A stretch of DNA of 35,705 nt from Lachnospiraceae bacterium (lineage in GTDB: Bacteria; Bacillota; Clostridia; Lachnospirales; Lachnospiraceae). Position 1 is the stretch's first letter. Each line of letters opens with the position of its first letter. The stretch covers positions 1 to 35,705 of the forward strand of contig JAILCX010000070.1 of NCBI GenBank assembly GCA_024690205.1, given 5' to 3'. The translations under genes were made by a program, and so were the position numbers. Positions 9,032-17,697 of the stretch are shown piece by piece. The notes beneath the pieces are model-generated. The model was not told the DNA's origin. It saw only the letters and a program-made list of their open reading frames with translations, and ran no database searches.

Positions 9032-10156
9032 TCAGCCCATGAAGTAGTAGATAAGGGCAAACAGTGCTATCACGATTATGATCGTAAGTATTACCTTTAT
9101 TGCAGATATCGGAGTCTTTCCGTATACCTTACCGGTCTGTCCGTTAACAGCAAACTGGTATATCTTGTCCTTATACTTGTAGCTTGAGATCCATACCGGC
9201 AAAAGAAGATATTTAAACGTCACGGCTGAAAAAGAGCTGTTAACGTTTAAGCCCCTTACATGATCGGCATGATTTTCATTAAGTATCTTCGATGTTATGG
9301 AAGAATTGATCTTTCCCTTGATCGATGCCTTGGCTTTTTCCCAGGCATCCTTGACACCTACGGAATACTTCTCGGCACCGAAACCTGCTACGTATTCAGG
9401 CTTATATATCTTATTATCCGCAGTATCATAAGGTTCTATACCGCGAAGCAGATTTTTGTCATGCTGCTCGGTCCCGCATACAAGTTCATCGTCAAAGAAC
9501 TCGTCATAGTTTCCTCTTGTATTGTACCAATCGGTAACAGTGACCTCACTATCTCCCTTCTTGACCTTGCGGTCCTTACCGTACTGTGCGGTGTAGGAAG
9601 ATGCGGTTTGTGTATCGAATGTCCAATAGGGAAGATACATACCCTTGAAATTCTTGGGCTTAGCGCTTTCCTTGGCAGCCTTCGGGCAGTAGAATTTATG
9701 CTTTATCCAGTTAATGAATCTGTTTCCGGCTTCTTTCTGGTCTATTTTGAAAGGTATAACGCCTCCCGGAGCCATCGAGTCATTTCCACCGGCTTCGGTA
9801 ACCTGATTAGATCCGCAATAAGGGCAAACTGATGAGATAACCTGTGCATCATAGATGGATTCAGCTCCACAGCTTTTACAGATTATGGTCTTTGTTGCGG
9901 TTCCCCAATCATGATTGGCTGTTGATTCAGCATCTTCTAAAGTTATCTCGGCTGCAGATGTGCTTCCCCCGTTTTGGGAAGAAGGCTTATCTTCTTTATT
10001 GCTGACAGCATTTTTTATCTCTTCGGTATGTCCACAATAAGGACACTTTAGACCCCCGGTCACAGGATCAAAATCCATAGTTCCGTCACATGCGGGACAC
10101 TTTCTGTCAGTTTCTTTTAGCGTATTTACGATATTTGAATCGAATTCGTCGGGCAT
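9032..10156 (-). CDS. Membrane-anchored double zinc-ribbon protein (C-terminal TM helix). Partner of the upstream SPFH protein. Possibly YdjG-like.
   Basis: Start re-set to ATG 10154-10156 (MPDEFDSNIV), with an AAGGAG RBS 8 nt upstream. The ORF-track M is an alternative codon. Two CxxC...CxxC ribbons (CPACDG..CPYCGH and CKSCGA..CPYCGS). C-terminal TM is AIKVILTIIIVIALFALIYYF. Confidence 0.6.
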   Translation of the reverse strand: MPDEFDSNIVNTLKETDRKCPACDGTMDFDPVTGGLKCPYCGHTEEIKNAVSNKEDKPSSQNGGSTSAAEITLEDAESTANHDWGTATKTIICKSCGAESIYDAQVISSVCPYCGSNQVTEAGGNDSMAPGGVIPFKIDQKEAGNRFINWIKHKFYCPKAAKESAKPKNFKGMYLPYWTFDTQTASSYTAQYGKDRKVKKGDSEVTVTDWYNTRGNYDEFFDDELVCGTEQHDKNLLRGIEPYDTADNKIYKPEYVAGFGAEKYSVGVKDAWEKAKASIKGKINSSITSKILNENHADHVRGLNVNSSFSAVTFKYLLLPVWISSYKYKDKIYQFAVNGQTGKVYGKTPISAIKVILTIIIVIALFALIYYFMG

Positions 10157-10230
10157 ATCAAAACTCCTTTTAAAACCGCGAGAGGATGTCTCCACCCTCT
10201 CGCTTTGTTACCGTTATTCGGAATTATTTC

Positions 10231-11541
10231 TTATTGAGCATCAGAGTCGTCAAAAACATCTCCGCACTCAGGGCAGAACTTCGGAGGATGTGTAGGATCC
10301 TCGGGAGTCCATCCGCACTTGTCACACTTGTATAAAGGTGCACCGGCGGGTTTCTTTGCTCCGCACTCAGAGCAGAACTTGCCGAGATTTCCGGTCTTTC
10401 CGCATGAGCATGTCCATCCCTCCTCGGGTACCGGTTGAGGCTTTCCGCACTCGGCACAGAACTTACCGGTGTTTCCGGTCTTTCCGCACGAACATGTCCA
10501 TCCCTCTTCCTTGGGTGCTCCTACTACGGGAGCAGGAATAGGTGTTCCCTGCGCCTGCTGGTATACGGGTGCGTTTGCACCTGCCATGTTAGCCATGTTC
10601 ATTCCGGCAAAAGCCATAACAGGGCCGGCAGCGGTATTTGAAGCAGCTGCCTGCATAGCAGAAGCTGTAGCTCCGGTCATCATACCCTGTCCGAGAGTCG
10701 GATTTGAAAGGGCAGCTGCTCTCTGGAGCTCTTTTATCATGTTCTCGTCTTCTTCGGATGCCTTTAATGTGTTGACACCGAATGAAACGATCTCTATTCC
10801 TCTTAAGTCTCTCCACTGATCTGAGAGCTCTTCGTTAAGTGCGTTTGCAAGTTCCTTTGTATGTCCGGGAACGGCTGAATATCTGATACCCATCTCTGAA
10901 ATTCTTGCAAATGCAGGCTGAAGAGCTGTAAGAAGCTCTGTCTTTAACTGAGAATCGATCTTGTCTCTTGTATATTCATCAGTTACATTGGCACATACAT
11001 TTGTATAGAAAAGGATGGGATTGGTGATCCTGTATGAGTACTCACCGTTACATCTTATTGAAATGTCAACGTCAAGTCCTATACGGGCATCAACGACTCT
11101 GAAAGGAACGGGATTAGCCGTACCGTATTTGTTTCCGATGATCTCCTTGGTGTTGAAGAAATAGATCCTCTGATCCTTTCCCGTATCTCCGCCAAAGGTA
11201 ATCCTCTTACCCATTGTCTTGAATGACTCGAGGATGCTTGTTCCGAGATTTCCTGAAAAGATGGAAGGCTCGGTAGACGTATCATAAGTAAATTCACCGG
11301 GCTCAGCACAAAGCTCAACGACCTTACCCTGATCTACTATGATCATGCACTGTCCGTCGTTAACTGCGATCACCGAACCGTTAGTAATGATATTATCCTG
11401 TCCTTTGTTGTTCCCCTTTGTTCTCTTTTGGCCTTTGGTAACAAGAACGTTCGCATCCATTGAATCACAGTAGAAATACTCTTTCCACTGATCTGAAAGC
11501 TGCGAGCTGACTCCGCCAACCACTGCACTAATAAGTCCCAT
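10231..11541 (-). CDS. SPFH/band-7 (stomatin-prohibitin-flotillin) family protein with a C-terminal array of zinc ribbons (COG4260 / YdjI-like).
   Basis: 436 aa with a GGAGGTG RBS. The globular N-terminal 300 aa has the architecture typical of PF13421-type SPFH proteins. The C-terminus has three tandem GWTCSCGKTGNxGKFCxECG ribbons plus CDKCG..CPECG. Confidence 0.65.
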   Translation of the reverse strand: MGLISAVVGGVSSQLSDQWKEYFYCDSMDANVLVTKGQKRTKGNNKGQDNIITNGSVIAVNDGQCMIIVDQGKVVELCAEPGEFTYDTSTEPSIFSGNLGTSILESFKTMGKRITFGGDTGKDQRIYFFNTKEIIGNKYGTANPVPFRVVDARIGLDVDISIRCNGEYSYRITNPILFYTNVCANVTDEYTRDKIDSQLKTELLTALQPAFARISEMGIRYSAVPGHTKELANALNEELSDQWRDLRGIEIVSFGVNTLKASEEDENMIKELQRAAALSNPTLGQGMMTGATASAMQAAASNTAAGPVMAFAGMNMANMAGANAPVYQQAQGTPIPAPVVGAPKEEGWTCSCGKTGNTGKFCAECGKPQPVPEEGWTCSCGKTGNLGKFCSECGAKKPAGAPLYKCDKCGWTPEDPTHPPKFCPECGDVFDDSDAQ

Positions 11542-11731
11542 TTAACACCTCCATAGTGATTATTCGGCATTCCTAACATTCCGAAACACCGCGAATTATA
11601 TTATAACATATAAAAGGTTCAGATTACACATATCTTTTTTAATCGTTTTTGTCGCAAACGGAATGAATTTCTGATACAATAAAAGTGGTATGTGTTCTTT
11701 GACGCATGCCGCCTATATAGGGGGTAACTTT

Positions 11732-13375
11732 ATGGCTATATACGTAAATCAGCTCGGATATATCACCGATACCAAAAAGATCGCTGTGTCCACAAAACCC
11801 TGCAATTTCCAGGTTATACGTTTAAGTGACCAGCACAGCGTTTTAGATGGTACGACTGGTCCCAAGTTCAGGGATACGGCATCCGGCGATGATGTTTATG
11901 ATATAGATTTTTCTGATCTTACCGAAGAGGGTGAATACTATATTCTCGCAGGTAACAGCAGCAAATCTCATAACTTTAAGATTTCTAACGATGTATACAA
12001 AAACCTTATGGTCGATGTTTCAAGGTGCCTTTATTACCAAAGATGCGGTATAGCTCTTGACGAAGGCCATGCAGGTATTTACACGCACGAAGCATGTCAT
12101 ACCGAGCCCGCGATAATGCTCGATGATTTTGTAAAGAATAATCCCGAACCCAAATATTTTGACATGACAGGCGGATGGCATGATGCCGGGGATTTCGGCA
12201 GGTATTCTACCGCCGGTGCCGTTGCTTTGGGCCATATCCTTTATGCGTTCGATCTTTTCCCGGAAAGCTTCGGATATTCAATGAACATTCCCGAAAGCGG
12301 AAACGGCATACCCGATATCTTAAACGAGTGTGCTTATGAACTCCGTTGGCTTTTAAAGATGCAGTCAAAAGACGGCGGTGTCTACCACAAATTAACGGCC
12401 TGGCGCCATGCAGAGTTCGTTATGCCCGAAGATGACCATGACAGGTTCATCATCTATCCTGTTTCAAGCCTTGCAACAGCAGACTTTGTAGCGATCATGG
12501 CTCTGGCCTCAAGGGTATACCGTCCTTTCATGCCAGAGTTTGCCGATACGATGCTTAACGCTGCAATAAAGAGCAGCCTGTGGCTTGATACTCATTCATA
12601 TGTTGGATTTACCAACCCCGAGGGAAGCAATACCGGAGAATACGGAGACGAAGAAGACGTTGACGAAAGACTCTGGGCTGCTGCCGAAATGTTAAGAGCA
12701 GACAAAGCAAACAGCGCGAAATACTTAAAGATCCTGACAGCTTTATCGAAAGATGTTGTTTCAAAATCCGATTTCGGATGGATAGATGTTTCGGGATTTG
12801 CCACGATATCGATCCTTTCGGATCCCGATCATTCAAGCGGCATGCTTGAGTCAAGCTACAAAAACGAATTGCAAAAGAATGCTACCCGATTTGTGGAAAT
12901 GTCAAAGAATTCAGGTTATCACCTTGCAATGGAAAGCGAAGATTTTGTCTGGGGATCGAATATGGTCGTTGCGAACAGATCGATACTTTTTGCAATGGCT
13001 TACCTGCTTATCGAGGGGCCTTCCCAGGAGAAATTCAAAAACGCCGCCCTTTCGCAGCTTCACTACCTGCTCGGCCGTAATGCTCTTGATATTTCTTATA
13101 TTACAGGCGAAGGAGAAAATGCGTATTCACACCCTCATAACAGGGTAACCGCTTCAGACAATATAGAAAAGCCGATGCCCGGATGGGTTGCCGGAGGCCC
13201 CTTCAGGACTCCTTCGGATGCAGCAGCGATGTCTGCGATCCCCAAGGGAACACCTCCTATGAAATGCTATCTTGATGAGGTCGGAAGCTACTCAACAAAC
13301 GAGATCACGATCTACTGGAACTCGCCCGTTATCTTCCTTTTGGCATTCATCAATTCAAAGATAGCCAAAAACTGA
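11732..13375 (+). CDS. Glycoside hydrolase family 9 endoglucanase/cellodextrinase with an N-terminal Ig-like (CelD_N) domain. No signal peptide, so probably cytoplasmic.
   Basis: Start re-set to ATG 11732 (MAIYVNQLGY), with a GGGGGT RBS. GH9 signatures are GGWHDAGD, HPHNR, and the catalytic acid block STNEITIYWNSP near the C-terminus. No hydrophobic leader. Confidence 0.85.
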   Translation: MAIYVNQLGYITDTKKIAVSTKPCNFQVIRLSDQHSVLDGTTGPKFRDTASGDDVYDIDFSDLTEEGEYYILAGNSSKSHNFKISNDVYKNLMVDVSRCLYYQRCGIALDEGHAGIYTHEACHTEPAIMLDDFVKNNPEPKYFDMTGGWHDAGDFGRYSTAGAVALGHILYAFDLFPESFGYSMNIPESGNGIPDILNECAYELRWLLKMQSKDGGVYHKLTAWRHAEFVMPEDDHDRFIIYPVSSLATADFVAIMALASRVYRPFMPEFADTMLNAAIKSSLWLDTHSYVGFTNPEGSNTGEYGDEEDVDERLWAAAEMLRADKANSAKYLKILTALSKDVVSKSDFGWIDVSGFATISILSDPDHSSGMLESSYKNELQKNATRFVEMSKNSGYHLAMESEDFVWGSNMVVANRSILFAMAYLLIEGPSQEKFKNAALSQLHYLLGRNALDISYITGEGENAYSHPHNRVTASDNIEKPMPGWVAGGPFRTPSDAAAMSAIPKGTPPMKCYLDEVGSYSTNEITIYWNSPVIFLLAFINSKIAKN

Positions 13376-13383
13376 CATTCGTG

Positions 13384-14136
13384 TCATTCAAAAGTAAGTT
13401 CGACGGGACAATGATCAGAGCCCGTTATATCAGTATAAATGTGAGCCCCCTTCAAGCGGGGCTCCATTTCGTTTGAGACGATAAAATAATCTATGCGCCA
13501 TCCCGCATTTCTGCTTCGCGCATTAAAACGGTATGACCACCACGAATAAACTTCTTCGGTATCGGGATAAAAATACCTGAAAGTATCCGTATATCCCGAA
13601 TCAAGGAGTTTTGTCATACAGTTTCTTTCCTCATCGGTAAATCCCGCATTATGATGGTTTGCCGAAGGGTTCTTAAGATCTATCTCCTTGTGTGCGACAT
13701 TAAGATCGCCGCAAAGCACGACGCTCTTTTTCTTTTTAAGTCCGTTAAGGTACTCCAAAAAAGCCTCTTCCCATGTCATGCGGTAATCAAGTCTTGCAAG
13801 CTCATTTTGAGAATTGGGTGTGTAGCAGCAGACAAGAAAGTGATCCTCAAATTCAAGGGTTATAACTCTTCCTTCATGGTCATGCTCTTCTTTATTGATC
13901 CCGTATGATACCGAAAGCGGAGTCTTTTTTGTAAATACGGCAGTCCCTGAATATCCCTTCTTTTCGGCATAGTTCCAATACTGCTCATATCCTTTAAGGT
14001 CAAGCTCTATCTGGCCCTCCTGAAGCTTGGTTTCCTGGAGGCAGAAAGCATCGGCATCCAGCTTTTCAAACTCCTCCATGAAGTTCTTGCCGACAACTGC
14101 CCTTAAGCCGTTAACGTTCCAAGATATGTATCTCAT
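13384..14136 (-). CDS. xth: Exodeoxyribonuclease III (Xth/ExoA family AP endonuclease).
   Basis: MRYISWNVNGLRA...CLQETK...GDLNVAH...WSYR...SDHCPV. Full EEP-family motif set. Confidence 0.9.
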   Translation of the reverse strand: MRYISWNVNGLRAVVGKNFMEEFEKLDADAFCLQETKLQEGQIELDLKGYEQYWNYAEKKGYSGTAVFTKKTPLSVSYGINKEEHDHEGRVITLEFEDHFLVCCYTPNSQNELARLDYRMTWEEAFLEYLNGLKKKKSVVLCGDLNVAHKEIDLKNPSANHHNAGFTDEERNCMTKLLDSGYTDTFRYFYPDTEEVYSWWSYRFNARSRNAGWRIDYFIVSNEMEPRLKGAHIYTDITGSDHCPVELTFE

Positions 14137-14780
14137 GATCGGTCTCTTCCTTTTTTGCTTTTTTCCTCTTTCTTTTCATCTTTTGATGACGCATCCCCGT
14201 ATATATCAAGGAGCTTTTCTATAAGGAGCTTTTTGGTATAAACATCAAATCCCAGCATAAATATGAAAGAAAAGAGCTGTAAGATCTCCTTATCCTCTCC
14301 TTCGCACTCGGTGAAGGTGAGCTTTGATCTTTCATATTTGGCAGTGATATCCTGCTTGATCTCCCTTGTCTTTTCCTCTTCCATACTGAATACTTCATCA
14401 TATATGGTGCAAAGATCGATATTTCCTTTTGAATCAAAATATCTGTCGGTCAAAGGCCCGAGCATCGTCCTTATGTCACTGATACTTAAAAGCCCCTTAC
14501 TGTAATATATAAATATGAGCATGACCATATGCTCCCTGGTGTATTTCTTCTTTACGGGCGGAGGCAAAAGATCATCCTTTGCATAGTTATTGATCATCGT
14601 CTTTGTAAGAATCTTGTCCTCTTCGGGGTTCCTCGATGAGTTCTTTAACTTGTTCTGCATGAATGTCGTTACCTGATCCATATAAAGATCGATGTTCGGC
14701 AGGTCAGATGATTTGATATTGTTTATCCTGTCGAGACTGGCCATTATACTCTCGAGCAGATTATCCTTATCAAGTGTCAT
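14133..14780 (-). CDS. DUF1836-like protein.
   Basis: Start re-set to ATG 14778-14780 (MTLDKDNLLES), with a GGAGGA RBS. Contains IDLYMDQV and MINNYAKDDLLPPPVKKKY, blocks I recognise as DUF1836-like. It overlaps the xth start by 4 nt (ATGA) and overlaps the upstream gene's stop by 4 nt. Confidence 0.55.
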   Translation of the reverse strand: MTLDKDNLLESIMASLDRINNIKSSDLPNIDLYMDQVTTFMQNKLKNSSRNPEEDKILTKTMINNYAKDDLLPPPVKKKYTREHMVMLIFIYYSKGLLSISDIRTMLGPLTDRYFDSKGNIDLCTIYDEVFSMEEEKTREIKQDITAKYERSKLTFTECEGEDKEILQLFSFIFMLGFDVYTKKLLIEKLLDIYGDASSKDEKKEEKSKKGRDRS

Positions 14781-16015
14781 AAAAATATATCCTCCAATTC
14801 TCCGCAGCTTCCGGCTATTGCTCCGGTCGACCAGCAAAGCTGCAGATTATATCCTCCGCAGTCGCCGTGAGCATCTATTATCTCTCCGCAAAAATAAAGT
14901 GACGGAACGATCCTGCTTTGCATGTTTTCATCAAGTTCAACAGGGTCTATACCGCCCATGCAGATCTGTGAATGGTCAAACCCCATTGTTCCCTCGATCT
15001 TTATCTTAAACTCTTTTATGTGACTGGCAAGAGTCTTTATCTCTTCATCACTTATCAGGAAAACTTCCCTGTTCATATCTATGCCTGATTCTTTTAGTAG
15101 CATTTCAAAGAGCTTTTTGTTAATCACTCCGGTCATAAGGTCTTTTACGCTTCTATTTCTAAAGCGTTCCCTGCGCTCCATCAGCATCGAACAAAGCTCG
15201 TCCTTTGAATCATTCTCCATATGATCTATGAAAACAAAAGCATTCTTTTTGCATAGGTGAAGTCTGTTTGAGATGTTCATGGTGACTATCCCCGATATCC
15301 CATACTGGGTATATTGAAGTTCTCCGCTTTCATTGTAGATCACTTTATCACCGTCAGATAGTGAAAGCTTAACCGGACACCTTACTCCCGAAACACTTTT
15401 AAAGAAATCCCCCTTACATTTTAAAGGAACAAGCGCAGGCATGGGCCTTTCTATCCTGTGTCCAAAGCTTTCGGCGATAGCATATCCGCTTCCGTCAGAC
15501 CCCGTTTGGGGAGCGGCTTTTGAACCCGCTGCGATAATAAGCCTGTCACATGAAAAAGTTCCGTCATCCGTCTTAATTATAAAACCCTTGTCTTTTTCCT
15601 TTTTTACGGATCTTACTTCTATCCCGGTCTTCACACTTACTTTTAATTCTTCAAGGGCAAAGCGTAAAGCATCAAGTACCGAAGAAGCCTGATCTGATTT
15701 CGGATAGACAAGATCTCCTCTTTGACGGAATTCAAGGCCGAGTGACTTGAAAAATCTAAGGGTTTCTTTATATCCGAACCTTTTTATGACATCATCGCAA
15801 AATCTGATGCCCGAAGGACTTAAGGAAGAAAAATTCCCGTGAACCGGGCCTTCAAGCGTTGAATTTGTCAGATTACATCGCCCGTTCCCAGTCTGGAGGA
15901 TCTTTTTCCCTATTCTGTCGTTATGTTCAAGTACCGTGACTTCGTCTCCGCGCTTTGATGCAAAAACCGCCGCAGCCATTCCGGATGCTCCGCCACCGAT
16001 TATCGTTGTTTTCAT
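14777..16015 (-). CDS. NAD(P)/FAD-dependent oxidoreductase of the HI0933/YhiN (aminoacetone-oxidase-like) family.
   Basis: Start re-set to ATG 16013-16015 (MKTTIIGGGASGMAAA). The ORF-track start is a TTG. Rossmann GxGxxG motif. C-terminal GEIIDAHGDCGGYNLQLCWSTG is typical of the HI0933 family. Confidence 0.8.
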   Translation of the reverse strand: MKTTIIGGGASGMAAAVFASKRGDEVTVLEHNDRIGKKILQTGNGRCNLTNSTLEGPVHGNFSSLSPSGIRFCDDVIKRFGYKETLRFFKSLGLEFRQRGDLVYPKSDQASSVLDALRFALEELKVSVKTGIEVRSVKKEKDKGFIIKTDDGTFSCDRLIIAAGSKAAPQTGSDGSGYAIAESFGHRIERPMPALVPLKCKGDFFKSVSGVRCPVKLSLSDGDKVIYNESGELQYTQYGISGIVTMNISNRLHLCKKNAFVFIDHMENDSKDELCSMLMERRERFRNRSVKDLMTGVINKKLFEMLLKESGIDMNREVFLISDEEIKTLASHIKEFKIKIEGTMGFDHSQICMGGIDPVELDENMQSRIVPSLYFCGEIIDAHGDCGGYNLQLCWSTGAIAGSCGELEDIFL

Positions 16016-16108
16016 GATAATAAGTTTACTATCCGAATGACCATGTAGCAAGAGGATTCGCTTTACTTTAAAACTTTAACGTGGTAAAATATCGTTGGAG
16101 GTGGGATT

Positions 16109-16390
16109 ATGAGTAAATCAATCAAATCGCCCGCAGTGGATCGTCTGTTTGACGCTATACTTACACTGGAAAACAAAAAAGAGTGCTATAACTTCTTTGA
16201 GGATCTTTGCACCATAAACGAACTTCAAAGCCTTTCACAGCGTTTTGAGGTTGCACAGATGCTGTCAGAAAAGAGAACCTATCTTGAGATAGCCGAAAAG
16301 ACCGGCGCTTCTACCGCAACGATAAGCAGGGTCAACAGAGCCCTCAATTACGGTAACGACGGTTACACACTTGCCCTTAAAAGGCTATAG
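16109..16390 (+). CDS. yerC: YerC/YecD-family TrpR-like DNA-binding protein.
   Basis: 93 aa with a GGAGGTG RBS. LFDAILTLENKKECYNFFEDLCTINELQSLSQRFEVAQML...TGASTATISRV is the conserved YerC signature. Confidence 0.85.
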   Translation: MSKSIKSPAVDRLFDAILTLENKKECYNFFEDLCTINELQSLSQRFEVAQMLSEKRTYLEIAEKTGASTATISRVNRALNYGNDGYTLALKRL

Positions 16391-16393
16391 ATT

Positions 16394-16422
16394 TGCCAAT
16401 TATATCCGCATGTGCTAAAATG
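16394..16422 (+). promoter_or_regulatory. Candidate sigma-A promoter for the degenerate-M23 gene.
   Basis: TTGCCA (16394-16399), a 17-nt spacer, then TAAAAT (16417-16422). Lies ~27 nt upstream of the GGAGGA RBS / ATG at 16449. Confidence 0.45.
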
Positions 16423-16448
16423 TTACAAGTTTGTTACGCGGAGGATAT

Positions 16449-17267
16449 ATGGAACAGAACCTTGAGGCCACAAGTCCGATAGAAGAAGCAGAAAAGAACA
16501 CCGATGTAAAGACCGATGTTCCTTCTTCGGATACTCCGGTTGATCCGGCTCCGGCCCCCGAAAAGAAAAGACATCGTAAATATGCGGTGATGCTTGCCAA
16601 GGAACATGAAGACGGCCACATCACTACACATCACATAGGACCCGCACTTGTGGAATTCATTTCCTTTGTTCTGGGTGCTGTTTTTTTGATATTTGTCTGC
16701 ATGCTCATCTATGATTCCATCGTTTTAAAGGATCTGCGTACACAGCTTATCGAACAGATAGGTGTAAATAATGAACTCACCGACAGAAACGAATCTTTAA
16801 GCGTTGAAAACGATAATCTTTCATCAAAAGTAGCGATCCTTAGTGAAACCGTCTCAAAGAAAGCCGCTACCGAAAGTGCGATAACGACCGAAGAGACTGA
16901 AAATGCCATTCCCAAGGGATTCCCTTTAAGCGGCGGTACATCAACAATGACCTCCGAAATGGATGGCGATAATCCGATCATCAAATTCAGTGCCGCTACA
17001 GGCATCAACATAGTTTCATCGGGTACGGGTACCGTGATAGCAGTCGAAGACGATATCGACTACGGCAACCGTATCATCATCGATCACAATAACGGATACA
17101 AGTCTGTATACCGTAATTCCGGAAAAGTACTTGTTAAACCCGGCGATTCAATAGGAAAGGGCTATATACTGTTCGCGATAGAGGATGCCAACACCGATAT
17201 CGGGTACCAGATCATGCTGAATGACGAGTATATAGATCCCATGGATGTAATTGAGATCAACGGATAA
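16449..17267 (+). CDS. Membrane-anchored coiled-coil protein with a degenerate (probably non-catalytic) M23/LytM peptidase domain.
   Basis: Start re-set to ATG 16449 (MEQNLEATSP), with a GGAGGA RBS. TM helix is LVEFISFVLGAVFLIFVCMLIY. The M23 core GNRIIIDHNNGYKSVYRNSG is present. The catalytic HxH position reads YQI, and the HxxxD and second-His positions also appear substituted. Confidence 0.6.
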   Translation: MEQNLEATSPIEEAEKNTDVKTDVPSSDTPVDPAPAPEKKRHRKYAVMLAKEHEDGHITTHHIGPALVEFISFVLGAVFLIFVCMLIYDSIVLKDLRTQLIEQIGVNNELTDRNESLSVENDNLSSKVAILSETVSKKAATESAITTEETENAIPKGFPLSGGTSTMTSEMDGDNPIIKFSAATGINIVSSGTGTVIAVEDDIDYGNRIIIDHNNGYKSVYRNSGKVLVKPGDSIGKGYILFAIEDANTDIGYQIMLNDEYIDPMDVIEING

Positions 17268-17359
17268 ATAATTGTTTACTTTTGACAATCCCTATGATAT
17301 TCTGAATTTGTCGTAATGGTGCGACAAAGGGAATTTATTTTTTGGAGGTAAACTTTACA

Positions 17360-17560
17360 ATGAACAAGGGTACTGTAAAGTGGTTTAACAACCAGAAGGG
17401 CTATGGATTTATCTGTGACGAATCCGGCAAGGACGTTTTCGTACACTATTCAGGTCTTAACATGGAAGGTTTCAAGTCTCTCGAAGAGGGCGCTTCTGTT
17501 GAGTTCGAGATAGTTGACGGCGAAAAGGGACCTCAGGCTGTAAACGTTACAAAGCTTTAA
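17360..17560 (+). CDS. cspA: Cold-shock protein (CspA family).
   Basis: [18 protein letters not shown]...VFVHYS. RNP1/RNP2 motifs. GGAGGT RBS. Confidence 0.9.
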   Translation: MNKGTVKWFNNQKGYGFICDESGKDVFVHYSGLNMEGFKSLEEGASVEFEIVDGEKGPQAVNVTKL

Positions 17561-17642
17561 TCCAAAAGCTCAAGGATCTGATAAGAAAGTGCCTATAGAA
17601 TATACTTATATATGTTTTTTGGAACTGGTTTTACAGATTATC

Positions 17643-17678
17643 AAAGGCTCTGTCATATGACAGAGCCTTTTCTTGTTT
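17643..17678 (+). terminator. Rho-independent terminator with a perfect 13-bp-stem palindrome and a T-rich tail.
   Basis: AAAGGCTCTGTCA-TA-TGACAGAGCCTTT followed by TCTTGTTT. Sits between the convergent csp and hisA-like genes. Confidence 0.7.
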
Positions 17679-17697
17679 CCATATATATTGGTTGATA

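Noticed and set aside
16016-16051. ORF-track N-termini (MLHGHSDSK...; also 16431 MLRGGY, 17342 MEVNFT, 28544 MMIM, 29843 MSLNPP, 11690 MCSLTH)
   Set aside because: The underlying codons are TTG or other alternative starts with no RBS. Downstream ATGs with clear Shine-Dalgarno sequences were used instead.
17268-17359. Defined sigma-A promoter for the csp gene (TTGACA at 17282-17287)
   Set aside because: No acceptable -10 hexamer at 16-18-nt spacing. A promoter probably exists in the ~90-nt leader but cannot be placed confidently.
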